From Gemmatimonadota bacterium (GTDB lineage Bacteria; Gemmatimonadota; Gemmatimonadetes; Gemmatimonadales; GWC2-71-9): DNA of 64,000 nucleotides. Positions 36,502 to 44,354 of this stretch are shown in pieces. Every line of letters begins with the position of its first letter. The stretch's first letter is position 1. The DNA is taken from the NCBI GenBank assembly GCA_003222115.1, contig QHUL01000052.1:3726-67725 (forward strand), in the 5' to 3' direction. The notes beneath the pieces are model-generated. The model did not search any database and was not told where the DNA came from. It worked only from the letters and a program-made list of their open reading frames with translations. A program made the position numbers and the translations under genes.

Positions 36502-37628
36502 CGAGCTGCCTCGCCGTGGGGCTGATGTCGGGCACCTCGCTCGACGGCGTCTCGACGGCACTGGTGCGGCTCTCGGACGACCCCCTCGCTGCGCAGCTCG
36601 TCGCGTTCCGCCAGGAGCCGTACACGGCAGCGGAGCGCGGGGCCGTCATCGACGCCATCGCGCGCGGGCGCGCTCACGATCTCTCGATGCTGCATGTCGC
36701 GCTGGGGGAGCGCTTCGCCGGCGCCGTGCTCCAGCTGCTCGCCGGCGCCAGGGTCGCGCCGCGCGATCTTGCCTTCATTGCGTCGCACGGCCAGACGATC
36801 TGGCACGAGCCGGGCCGAGCCACGCTGCAGCTGGGCGACCCGGCAGTGATCGCCGAACGCGTCGGTGTGCGCGTCGTGAGCGACTTCCGCTCGCGCGACG
36901 TCGCGGCGGGCGGGCAGGGCGCGCCCCTCGTGCCGCTCGCGGACGTGATGCTGTTCGGGCATCCCGAGCGCGGGCGACTGCTCCTCAATCTCGGCGGGAT
37001 GGCGAACGTCACCTGGGTGCCGAGGCGCGGCGTGATCGCCGGCGCGGTCGCCTTCGACACGGGGCCCGGCGTCGCCGTGATCGACGCCGTGACGCGGCGC
37101 GTCGACCCCGACGCCCCGTACGACCAGGACGGGGAGCGGGCGCGCCGCGGCCACCCCGACCTGAAGGCGCTGCACCAGCTCCTCACCGACCCGTTCTTCG
37201 ATCAGCCGCCACCCAAGAGCACGGGGCGCGAGCGGTTCGGGATCGAGTTCGCGGACCGGCTGATCGCGCTGGTGCACGGCGCCGGCGGCTCGGCGAATGA
37301 CGCCGTCGCGACCGCGACCGCGCTCACCGCGGAAACGGTCGCGCGCGGCATCGAGCGTTGGACCCCTCCTCCCGCCCCGGCCGGGGGGGACGAGTTGGTG
37401 ATCTCGGGCGGGGGTGCCCGCAACCCGGCCCTGGTCGAGCTGCTCGCGGGACGGGTGCGGCCGCGGCCCGTTGTCCCGTTCGCCCAGCTCTTCTTCGACG
37501 GCGAGGCCAAGGAGGCGCTCGCCTTCGCGTTCCTGGGCTTCCTGACGCTCGCGGGGAAGCCCGGCAACCTCCCCGCCGCGACGGGGGCGCGCGGGCCCCG
37601 CGTGCTCGGTTCCGTCACGCCGGCGTGA
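36498..37628 (+). CDS. anmK: Anhydro-N-acetylmuramic acid kinase
   Basis: This is the last 376 aa of track ORF 35820..37628. ATGA overlap with murQ. Contains GLMSGTSLDGVS, ASHGQTIWH and NLGGMANVT. Confidence 0.9.
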   Translation: MTSCLAVGLMSGTSLDGVSTALVRLSDDPLAAQLVAFRQEPYTAAERGAVIDAIARGRAHDLSMLHVALGERFAGAVLQLLAGARVAPRDLAFIASHGQTIWHEPGRATLQLGDPAVIAERVGVRVVSDFRSRDVAAGGQGAPLVPLADVMLFGHPERGRLLLNLGGMANVTWVPRRGVIAGAVAFDTGPGVAVIDAVTRRVDPDAPYDQDGERARRGHPDLKALHQLLTDPFFDQPPPKSTGRERFGIEFADRLIALVHGAGGSANDAVATATALTAETVARGIERWTPPPAPAGGDELVISGGGARNPALVELLAGRVRPRPVVPFAQLFFDGEAKEALAFAFLGFLTLAGKPGNLPAATGARGPRVLGSVTPA

Positions 37629-39064
37629 CGACGTCGCTCGCCCGGCTCGTGTTCCCCGCCTTGCGCTGGCGCGGCGGCAGCTTCGACCACGAGCGCGCCA
37701 AGATCGACGCCGCCCTCGCGGCCGGCGTCGGCGGCTTCATCATCTTCGGCGGCACCCCGGCCAGCGTCGGCGCGCTCACGCGCGCCCTCCGCCAGGGGGC
37801 CGGCCGGCCGCTCCTCATCGGCGCCGACCTGGAGCGCGGCGTTGCCCAGCAGGTGCCGGGCATGACCGAGCTGCCGCCCGCGGCGGCGCTCGGGTTGCTG
37901 GACGACCTCGAGGCGACGCGGACCGCCGGCATCATTACGGCATCCGAGGCGCGCGCGCTCGGCATCAACTGGGCCTTCGGCCCGGTGTGCGACCTCGACC
38001 TCGAGCCCAAGAACCCGATCATCCAGACCCGGTCGTTCGGCACCGAGCCCCTGCGCGTCGGCGAGCACGCGGCGGCCTGGGTCGAAGGGCTGCAGCAGCA
38101 TGGCGTGCTGGGCTGCGCCAAACACTACCCCGGGCACGGCCGGACGCTGCGAGACTCGCACGAAACGCTGCCCCGGGTGACCACGCCCAGGGCGGAGCTA
38201 CTGGCGGTCGACGGCACGCCCTTCGAGTGCGCGCTCCGCGCCGGTGTGGGCAGCGTGATGAGCGCTTTCGTCGCCTATCCCGACTGGGACCCATCGGGCC
38301 GGGCGGCGAGCTTCTCACCCGTCATCCTGGGTCACCTGCGCGGGGCGCTCGGGTTCGAGGGGTTCGTCGTCACGGACGCCCTCATCATGGCGGGTGCGAC
38401 GGCGCGGGAAGCCGAGCCCTCAGCGACGGTGTCGGCGGTCGCCGCCGGATGCGACGCGCTGCTCTACCCGGAGGACTTCCGCGCCGTGGCGGCGGCGCTC
38501 GACCGAGCGGTGGGGACCGCGATTCCGCAGGCCCGCGCCGACGAGGCGCTGGCCCATGGCGAGCAGGCGGCCGTGCAGTGGGGCGGCGGCGCAGACCAGG
38601 GCGAACCCGACCTCGCCGCCCACGGCGCGTTCGCCGACGGACTGGCGGACCGGGCCCTGTTGGTCCACCGCGCGGATCCTCCGTTGCTCCGCGGACCGCT
38701 CGGCGTGCACGTCGTCGACGACGACGTGGGGGGACCGTACACCGTCGGGCCGCGGGACATCTTCCACCAAACGGTTCGTGAGGCGGGAGTGGCGGTGCGG
38801 ACGGGCCAGGGGGAAACGGGAAGGGGGACGGGTGTGGTGCTCGTCTACGCCGAGCCGCGGTCGTGGAAGGGACGGGCGGATCTGGGCGCCCGCTCGCGCA
38901 GCGCGCTGCGTCGGCTCGTGCCGGGGGCGGCGCTGGTCGTGCTGTTCGCGCACCCGCGGTTGGTGTCCCAGATCCCGGGCGAGGGACCCGTGCTGTGTGC
39001 CTGGCACGGGCAGCCGCTGATGCAGCGGGCGGCGGCGAGATGGATCCTCGGGAGAATCCGGTAA
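37625..39064 (+). CDS. nagZ: Glycoside hydrolase family 3 beta-N-acetylhexosaminidase (NagZ-like)
   Basis: This is the last 479 aa of track ORF 37358..39064. GTGA overlap with anmK. Contains GPVCDLD, NPIIQTRSFG and KHYPGHGRTLRDSH. Confidence 0.8.
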   Translation: MTTSLARLVFPALRWRGGSFDHERAKIDAALAAGVGGFIIFGGTPASVGALTRALRQGAGRPLLIGADLERGVAQQVPGMTELPPAAALGLLDDLEATRTAGIITASEARALGINWAFGPVCDLDLEPKNPIIQTRSFGTEPLRVGEHAAAWVEGLQQHGVLGCAKHYPGHGRTLRDSHETLPRVTTPRAELLAVDGTPFECALRAGVGSVMSAFVAYPDWDPSGRAASFSPVILGHLRGALGFEGFVVTDALIMAGATAREAEPSATVSAVAAGCDALLYPEDFRAVAAALDRAVGTAIPQARADEALAHGEQAAVQWGGGADQGEPDLAAHGAFADGLADRALLVHRADPPLLRGPLGVHVVDDDVGGPYTVGPRDIFHQTVREAGVAVRTGQGETGRGTGVVLVYAEPRSWKGRADLGARSRSALRRLVPGAALVVLFAHPRLVSQIPGEGPVLCAWHGQPLMQRAAARWILGRIR

Positions 39065-39142
39065 CAGGCCCGTAAGAAGCCGGAAAGAGGCTGGGGAAGG
39101 GGGAAGGCACCCTTCGCCGGCCTCTCACGGGCCTGTTACCGG
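39058..39142. repeat. G-rich palindromic intergenic element (copy 1), probable bidirectional terminator
   Basis: The outer stem is a 16-bp perfect pairing of CCGGTAACAGGCCCGT with ACGGGCCTGTTACCGG. The interior is GGAAAGAGGCTGGGGAAGGGGGAAGGCACCCTTC. The stop codons of both convergent genes (TAA 39062-64 and TAA complement 39136-38) lie inside the arms. Confidence 0.7.
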
Positions 39143-40566
39143 CCTTTCTTTAAGTACTCCACGACGAAGGCAGCTGGCACTGCGTAGATTATTTTCCCCT
39201 GCGACTCCCGCTCGCCGCCGTACAGCACCGCCACGACCCGTCCCTCGCGGTCGAAGATGGGACTGCCGGAGGAGCCCGGGGCGCCGTAGCCGTCCACCTG
39301 CACGACGTTCGACAGCACCTTGCTCACGGTCCCCACGGTGAGCGTGGGATCGGCGATGGCGCTCTGCCCCTGGCGCTCCATCGGCAGATCCTCGCCCAAC
39401 GGGTAGCCGATGATCGCCACCGGGTCGCCACGCTGCAGGCCACGCGGGTCGGCGGCGAAGCCGAGAACGCGCGGCGTGCCTCCCCGAATGTCGATGCGCA
39501 CCACGCCGATGTCGGCCTCGGCGGACGCGCCGGCGAAGCGCGCCCGGAACCACTGCTTGCTGCCCGAGAACTTCACCGCGATCTCCTGCGGCTGCCGCGT
39601 TCCGTCGTCGCCGGTGAGCACGTGCTTGTTGGTGACGAGGGTGCCGGCCGAGTCCACGGCGAACGCGGTGCCGCTGAAGAGCTCCGTGTCGGACAGCTTG
39701 ACGATGATCAGCGCCACGGCGTCCTGGTTTCTCCGGGAGATCGTGCGATAGTCGACGGCGGCGGCCCCCGCCAGCCCGCGCTGCCGGGCCTCGGCGGCCT
39801 CGAGCTCCTCGCGCAGCCGCGCCACGGTGCCTGCGTCGCCGCGCGAGCCGGCGGTGCCGAGCGCGCCCTTCAGCCGGGAGACCTCGACCTGCGACTGCCG
39901 CAGCGCGTCGCGCAGGCTCTGCAGCTCGGTCTGGAAGCGCGACAGCAGGCGCTGCGCCTCGCGATTGAGGCTGTCGGCGCGGGCCTGGAGGTTCGCTACG
40001 TCGCGCGCATCGCGCGTCGCCTGCCACTGCGTCCACCCGAGCCAGGCGCCCGCGACGAGGAGCAGCCCGATGAGCAGCTTGGTGGTTTGGCGCAGCTGTC
40101 GCGTCTGGCGCGCCACCTCCTGGGCGATGCGGAGAGCGCTGCTCGCGCGGGCAGGGAGCGGGGGGGCCGGTGAGACAGCCTGGAACGGCGCGCGCCCCGC
40201 CGCCATCCGCTCGGCCGAGGCGCGCGCTGCTTCCGGAATCGCCTCGTCCCCCGAGCCGACGATGTGGAACTCCACCGACGGCCCCGTCGGGCCGAACCCG
40301 ATGATGTCCCCGTCGTTCAGCGGAGCGTCGTCGCCCGTGATCTGCCGGCCGTTGAGAAACGTGCCGTTCTTGCTGCCCAGGTCGCGCACGACGAAGCCCT
40401 CGCCGTGCCGGAGGATCGCCGCGTGCCGCGAGGAGACGTCGAGGTCCCGCTCCGCGTCGAACCGCACATCCGACAGGGGGTGGCGGCCCACGCCGATGTA
40501 GGCCTTGCGGAAGAGCTCCACTGCGCCGGCGCGCGCCCCCGACAGGAACTTGAAGCGGGCGTTCAC
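39136..40566 (-). CDS. FHA domain / TM / coiled-coil / trypsin-like (S1-family) serine protease fusion protein
   Basis: 476 aa. N-terminal FHA (IGVGRHPLSDVRF, SSRHAAI, VRDLGSKNGTFLNG). TM helix LLIGLLLVAGAWLGW. Protease triad context VTNKHVL, ADIGVVRI and GAPGSSGSPIF. GTG start overlaps the PP2C stop as GTGA. Confidence 0.8.
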   Translation of the reverse strand: MNARFKFLSGARAGAVELFRKAYIGVGRHPLSDVRFDAERDLDVSSRHAAILRHGEGFVVRDLGSKNGTFLNGRQITGDDAPLNDGDIIGFGPTGPSVEFHIVGSGDEAIPEAARASAERMAAGRAPFQAVSPAPPLPARASSALRIAQEVARQTRQLRQTTKLLIGLLLVAGAWLGWTQWQATRDARDVANLQARADSLNREAQRLLSRFQTELQSLRDALRQSQVEVSRLKGALGTAGSRGDAGTVARLREELEAAEARQRGLAGAAAVDYRTISRRNQDAVALIIVKLSDTELFSGTAFAVDSAGTLVTNKHVLTGDDGTRQPQEIAVKFSGSKQWFRARFAGASAEADIGVVRIDIRGGTPRVLGFAADPRGLQRGDPVAIIGYPLGEDLPMERQGQSAIADPTLTVGTVSKVLSNVVQVDGYGAPGSSGSPIFDREGRVVAVLYGGERESQGKIIYAVPAAFVVEYLKKGR

Positions 40567-41594
40567 GGACTCCGGGAGACGAGGTAGACGGCTGCGGCGA
40601 CGAGAGCCGCCGCGACGACCGCCGCCGCGACCATGCGCCAGCGCACTTGTCGGTTCGGCACGGGGGGTGGGCTCCCGCGGTACACGGGGACGGGCTCCGT
40701 GCTCGTTTCTGTGTCGATGAGCGGGTACAGCTGGTGTCCCACTTCGTCGTCCCGCCCCGCGGGTCGCAACCCCTCCCCGTCGAACCGCGCGATGATGACG
40801 GTGATGTTGTCGGGGCCACCGCGCTCGTTGGCGAGCGCGATGAGCTTGTCGCAGGCGGCCTGCAGGTCCCGCTCGGCGCTCACGATCTCGGCGATCTCCT
40901 CCTTCTTCACCTGGCCGGAGAGACCGTCGGAGCAGAGGGCGAGCGCGTCGCCGCGCCGGATCTCTTGATGCGTCAAGTCCACCTTCACCTTGGCGTCCGG
41001 TCCGAGCGCCTGGAGGATGATGTTCCGCCGCTCGCTCTGCGCCGCCTCCTCCTCGGTCAGCTCGCCCGCCTCCACGAGACGCTGCATCAGCGACTGGTCC
41101 TTCGTGAGCTGGTAAGCCCGGCCCCCGCGGATCAGGTAGGCCCGGCTATCACCGACCTGCGCGAGGTAGACATGGTCGCCCAGCACCCCTACCGCGGTCG
41201 TGGTCGTGCCCATGCCGCGCACCTCGGGATGCGCCTTGGCGTGCGCGTGGATGCGGCTGTTGGCGACCTCCACGGCCTCCTTGAGGCGATAGGCGAAGCG
41301 TTGCGGAGTGACCTCCCGCTCGCCACCCCAAGCCCGCACGAGCTGGGAGTAGATCGTCTCCGTCGCCATCTCGCTCGCCAGCTCGCCGGCCGCAGCCCCG
41401 CCCATCCCGTCCGCCACGACGAAGACCGTGCCGTGGGGCCCGACCACGTGGTCCCGCACGCTGGGCTGCAGGGACGCCTCCTCGCGCGTGAGGTCCGCGA
41501 CGAGGAAGCAGTCCTCATTATGGTCACGAGTCTTCCCGAGGTCGGTTTTCCCGAAGACCTCGATGCGGACGGGCTTGGGCGCGCGTCGGAACAT
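40563..41594 (-). CDS. PP2C-family Ser/Thr protein phosphatase with a C-terminal membrane anchor
   Basis: 343 aa. Contains GKTRDHNEDCF, VADGMGGAAAGELAS and GGPDNITVI. C-terminal TM helix MVAAAVVAAALVAAAVYLV. Confidence 0.9.
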   Translation of the reverse strand: MFRRAPKPVRIEVFGKTDLGKTRDHNEDCFLVADLTREEASLQPSVRDHVVGPHGTVFVVADGMGGAAAGELASEMATETIYSQLVRAWGGEREVTPQRFAYRLKEAVEVANSRIHAHAKAHPEVRGMGTTTTAVGVLGDHVYLAQVGDSRAYLIRGGRAYQLTKDQSLMQRLVEAGELTEEEAAQSERRNIILQALGPDAKVKVDLTHQEIRRGDALALCSDGLSGQVKKEEIAEIVSAERDLQAACDKLIALANERGGPDNITVIIARFDGEGLRPAGRDDEVGHQLYPLIDTETSTEPVPVYRGSPPPVPNRQVRWRMVAAAVVAAALVAAAVYLVSRSP

Positions 41595-41598
41595 CGGC

Positions 41599-43128
41599 CT
41601 AGGGCTGACTCACAGTCTGCACGATCTGGCGGCACGAGCTCAAGGTGGCATCGAGCGCCAGGCCCTGGTTTGCCCACCTGAGCGCGAGCGTGTTGTCGTG
41701 CTTGCTGCTGTAGGCCTGAGCGACCAGGCACGCCGCGAACGCGCGGTCCTTCTGGCCCACGCCGGCCGCATTGTAGACCAGCTGTGCCGAGTCGAGGATC
41801 ACCGCCGGCGGCCGGTCGATCAGCGCGTCGAGGATGACACCCGCCTTCGTGGGATCGATCGCCGTCCTGTGGGCCCCGATGCGCGCGGCCCCCGTCTCGC
41901 GCCGGGATGGCCCGCTTGCCGTGCGGGCGCCGCCGGTGTCCGCACGCCGGCTCGCCGTATCGGCCCGGACGCTCGGGGCCACCTGGCGCGTCCCCTTGCC
42001 ACCTCCCCCAAACACGGCCACCGCGGCCCCGCCGCCCCCCAATACCACCACCGCCCCGATGACCGCCGGCGTGAGCGAGCGCCGCTTGACCCCCTTGGTC
42101 GCGACCCGGTCCAGCAGCTGGGTCTTCTCGTCGCCGTCGGCGCGCGTGGCCGGGATGGGGGCCCCCGCGCCGGCGCCGCGCCCGAGCCCGAGGACCGCCC
42201 CGGCGTCCGCCGCGAACTTCGCCGCCGACTGGTAGCGGTCCACCGGGCTGCGCGCCAGCGCCGCGTCGAGCGTCTCCTGCAGGCCGGTGGGGAATTGCAG
42301 ATCGGGCCGCGCCGCGGCGAGTTTCACGGGCTCGTCCGTGAGCCGTTTGATCATCGTCTCCTGGACCGTGGTCGCCTCGAAGGGCAGCTTGCCGGTGAGC
42401 GTCTTGAACAGCACGAGCGCCAGCGAATAGAGGTCGCTGCGGCCGTCCAGCTTGTCGCCCGACAGCTGCTCGGGGCTCATGAACTCCGGGGTCCCGACGA
42501 CGAGCCCCGTTTTCGTGACCTTCTGACTGTCGTCCCCCCCCACGGCCTTGGCGATTCCGAAGTCCACGACCTTCACCACGTCCGACCCTTCTCGGCCGCG
42601 GCTGATCATGATGTTGTCGGGCTTCAGGTCACGGTGCACGATGCCGAGGTCGTGCGCGGCCTGCAGGGCGTCGGCCACCTGGAGAAAGATGTGCCCCGCC
42701 CGGTGCGCCGGGAGCGCCCCCTCGCGCGCGAGCACATCGGTGAGCGGCTCGCCCTCGATGAACTCCATCGCGAGGTAGATCGTCCCGTCGGGCGTTTCGC
42801 CGAAGTCGTAGATCGCGCACACGTTGGGGTGGGTGATGCGGCTCGCGTTCGCGGCCTCGCGGTTGAAGCGCGCCACGGCGTCGGGGTCGTGCACCATGGA
42901 CGGGTTCATGACCTTGATGGCGCTGCGCCGCCCCATCTTCACGTGCTCGGCGAGATACACCTGTCCCATCCCGCCTTCCCCCAGCTTCTTGAGCACGTGG
43001 TAGCGGTCCGCCACCACCTGGCCGACGAGGTCGGCGGTCGGCGCCGCCGCCCGCAGCGTCTGCCCGTCGTTGGCGCAGAACTTGACGTCGTCGGGATACT
43101 CGGTGGAGCAGACGGGGCAGATCTTCAC
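41599..43128 (-). CDS. Hanks-type Ser/Thr protein kinase with an N-terminal zinc-ribbon-like motif, one TM helix and an extracytoplasmic C-domain
   Basis: This is the C-terminal 509 aa of track ORF 41599..43890. GTG at 43128 overlaps the upstream stop. Contains VKICPVCSTEYPDDVKFCANDG, then GEGGMGQVY, AIKVM, HRDLKPDNIM, DFGIAK and GTPEFMSPE. Confidence 0.9.
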   Translation of the reverse strand: MKICPVCSTEYPDDVKFCANDGQTLRAAAPTADLVGQVVADRYHVLKKLGEGGMGQVYLAEHVKMGRRSAIKVMNPSMVHDPDAVARFNREAANASRITHPNVCAIYDFGETPDGTIYLAMEFIEGEPLTDVLAREGALPAHRAGHIFLQVADALQAAHDLGIVHRDLKPDNIMISRGREGSDVVKVVDFGIAKAVGGDDSQKVTKTGLVVGTPEFMSPEQLSGDKLDGRSDLYSLALVLFKTLTGKLPFEATTVQETMIKRLTDEPVKLAAARPDLQFPTGLQETLDAALARSPVDRYQSAAKFAADAGAVLGLGRGAGAGAPIPATRADGDEKTQLLDRVATKGVKRRSLTPAVIGAVVVLGGGGAAVAVFGGGGKGTRQVAPSVRADTASRRADTGGARTASGPSRRETGAARIGAHRTAIDPTKAGVILDALIDRPPAVILDSAQLVYNAAGVGQKDRAFAACLVAQAYSSKHDNTLALRWANQGLALDATLSSCRQIVQTVSQP

Positions 43129-44171
43129 GCGGGAATCTCGATGCGCAGCAGTTTGTCGCCCACCAGGATGCGCGAGTTGTGCTGCAGCGAGATGTCGCCG
43201 CGGGCGGCGAGGGCGATGCCGTTGCGGCTGCCGGCGTCCACGACGACGAAATCCGCGTCCTCGGAGCGGACCAGCGCGTGCTCCGCGCTCATCGAGGGAT
43301 CGTACGGAAAGACCCACTCGCCGCGCTCCCGGCCGACGCGGATGTCGCGCCCCGGTGACAGCTGCACGACGTCCCGGACGCTGCCGTCGGAGCGCAGCTG
43401 CGTCAGGCTCGCGATGTCGGCGCTGGGCGTCAGGCTTCCCATGCGGCGCGTGGCGTCGGCGTCGGGCGCGTGCGGGCCGGGGTATCCGAGCCGGCGGAAG
43501 CGGATCACCTGTGCGCCGATCAGCAGCAGGTCCCCGTCGGCGAGCCGATGCGGCGCCTCGACAAACACCCACGTGCCGTTGCGGCTGCCCAGGTCGCGCA
43601 CCACCAGGTGGTCCTGCTCCCACGAGAGCTTCGCGTGCAGCGGCGACATGAAGGGGTCGTCGGGGAAGCGGATGTCGCCGTCCTGCCGGCCGATCGTGGT
43701 GTCGAGGGTCTTGCGGTCGAAGCGCTGCACCACGTTTCCCACTTCGTCGAGGAGCACCAACGTGATGGCGAGGTTCGTGCGCGTGGTCGGCGGGGCGGAG
43801 GCGCGGAAGGGGAGGAATTGCGCCAGCGGCGCGCCGCACACGGCGCAGAAGCGCGTGCCCGCGGCGACGGGAGAGGCGCAGCGCCCGCACGCCGGCCCCG
43901 AGCCCGGAGCCGTCAGCCGGCGCCCGCAGTGCGGGCAGAACGGCAGTGCGGCGCTGACCTTGGCGTTGCAGAATGGGCAGGCGGCTTCGCCCTTCAGGGG
44001 GGCCGTGGCAGGCGTCGCCACCTCACGTGTGCCGGGGACCGCCGACGCGCGCGCCGGCGGCGCCACTGCGGCCGCCGCTTTCGCGCCGCCGGACTTGTCC
44101 AGGGATTTGCCGCAGTCCATGCAGAACTGCGCGCCGGCCTCGTTGTCGCGGCCGCAATAGGCGCAGGTCAC
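43125..44171 (-). CDS. Triple zinc-ribbon, double FHA-domain protein
   Basis: 348 aa with a GTG start. Three CxxC-N10-12-CxxC ribbons (CAYCG..CMDCG, CPFCN..CPHCG, CGRCA..CAVCG). Two FHA cores (TIGRQ..SPLHAKL..VRDLGSRNGT and VGRER..SAEHALV..VVDAGSRNG). Confidence 0.8.
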   Translation of the reverse strand: MTCAYCGRDNEAGAQFCMDCGKSLDKSGGAKAAAAVAPPARASAVPGTREVATPATAPLKGEAACPFCNAKVSAALPFCPHCGRRLTAPGSGPACGRCASPVAAGTRFCAVCGAPLAQFLPFRASAPPTTRTNLAITLVLLDEVGNVVQRFDRKTLDTTIGRQDGDIRFPDDPFMSPLHAKLSWEQDHLVVRDLGSRNGTWVFVEAPHRLADGDLLLIGAQVIRFRRLGYPGPHAPDADATRRMGSLTPSADIASLTQLRSDGSVRDVVQLSPGRDIRVGRERGEWVFPYDPSMSAEHALVRSEDADFVVVDAGSRNGIALAARGDISLQHNSRILVGDKLLRIEIPA

Positions 44172-44198
44172 TCGGTTCGATACTCCAGGGAGCCCACA

Positions 44199-44226
44199 AG
44201 TTTAGGCTTGCCAATCTATTCCGCAA
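44199..44226 (-). promoter_or_regulatory. Promoter-like TTGCGG-N16-TAAACT (minus strand) for the FHA/kinase operon
   Basis: Read from the reverse complement. The -10-like box ends about 27 nt upstream of the GTG at 44171. It sits back-to-back with the plus-strand site at 44228. Confidence 0.35.
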
Positions 44227-44227
44227 A

Positions 44228-44257
44228 TTGGCGGGTCGAAAGGGTCGATGCTAGCTT
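44228..44257 (+). promoter_or_regulatory. Promoter-like TTGGCG-N18-TAGCTT for the outer-membrane protein gene
   Basis: Read directly from the sequence. Same -10 hexamer as at the trpS and purA sites. Confidence 0.35.
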
Positions 44258-44354
44258 CGGCGCCTGTGCCAGCGAACCGCGCAGTGCCGTGATCGTCGTT
44301 GCACAACGCCATGACGCCACGTTCCACGCGGTCCGCCGCACGAGTTCGTGCGAC

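Noticed and set aside
41428-44160. 910-aa plus-strand ORF across the kinase/FHA operon
   Set aside because: It is antisense to genes with complete Hanks-kinase, FHA and zinc-ribbon motifs. No motif of its own is present.
44174-44186. GGTTCGATACTCC, reminiscent of a tRNA T-arm
   Set aside because: The spacing is off compared with GGTTCGAATCC. The ~60 nt upstream that would have to form the rest of a tRNA are the coding 5' end of the zinc-ribbon/FHA gene. No acceptor-stem complement is present.
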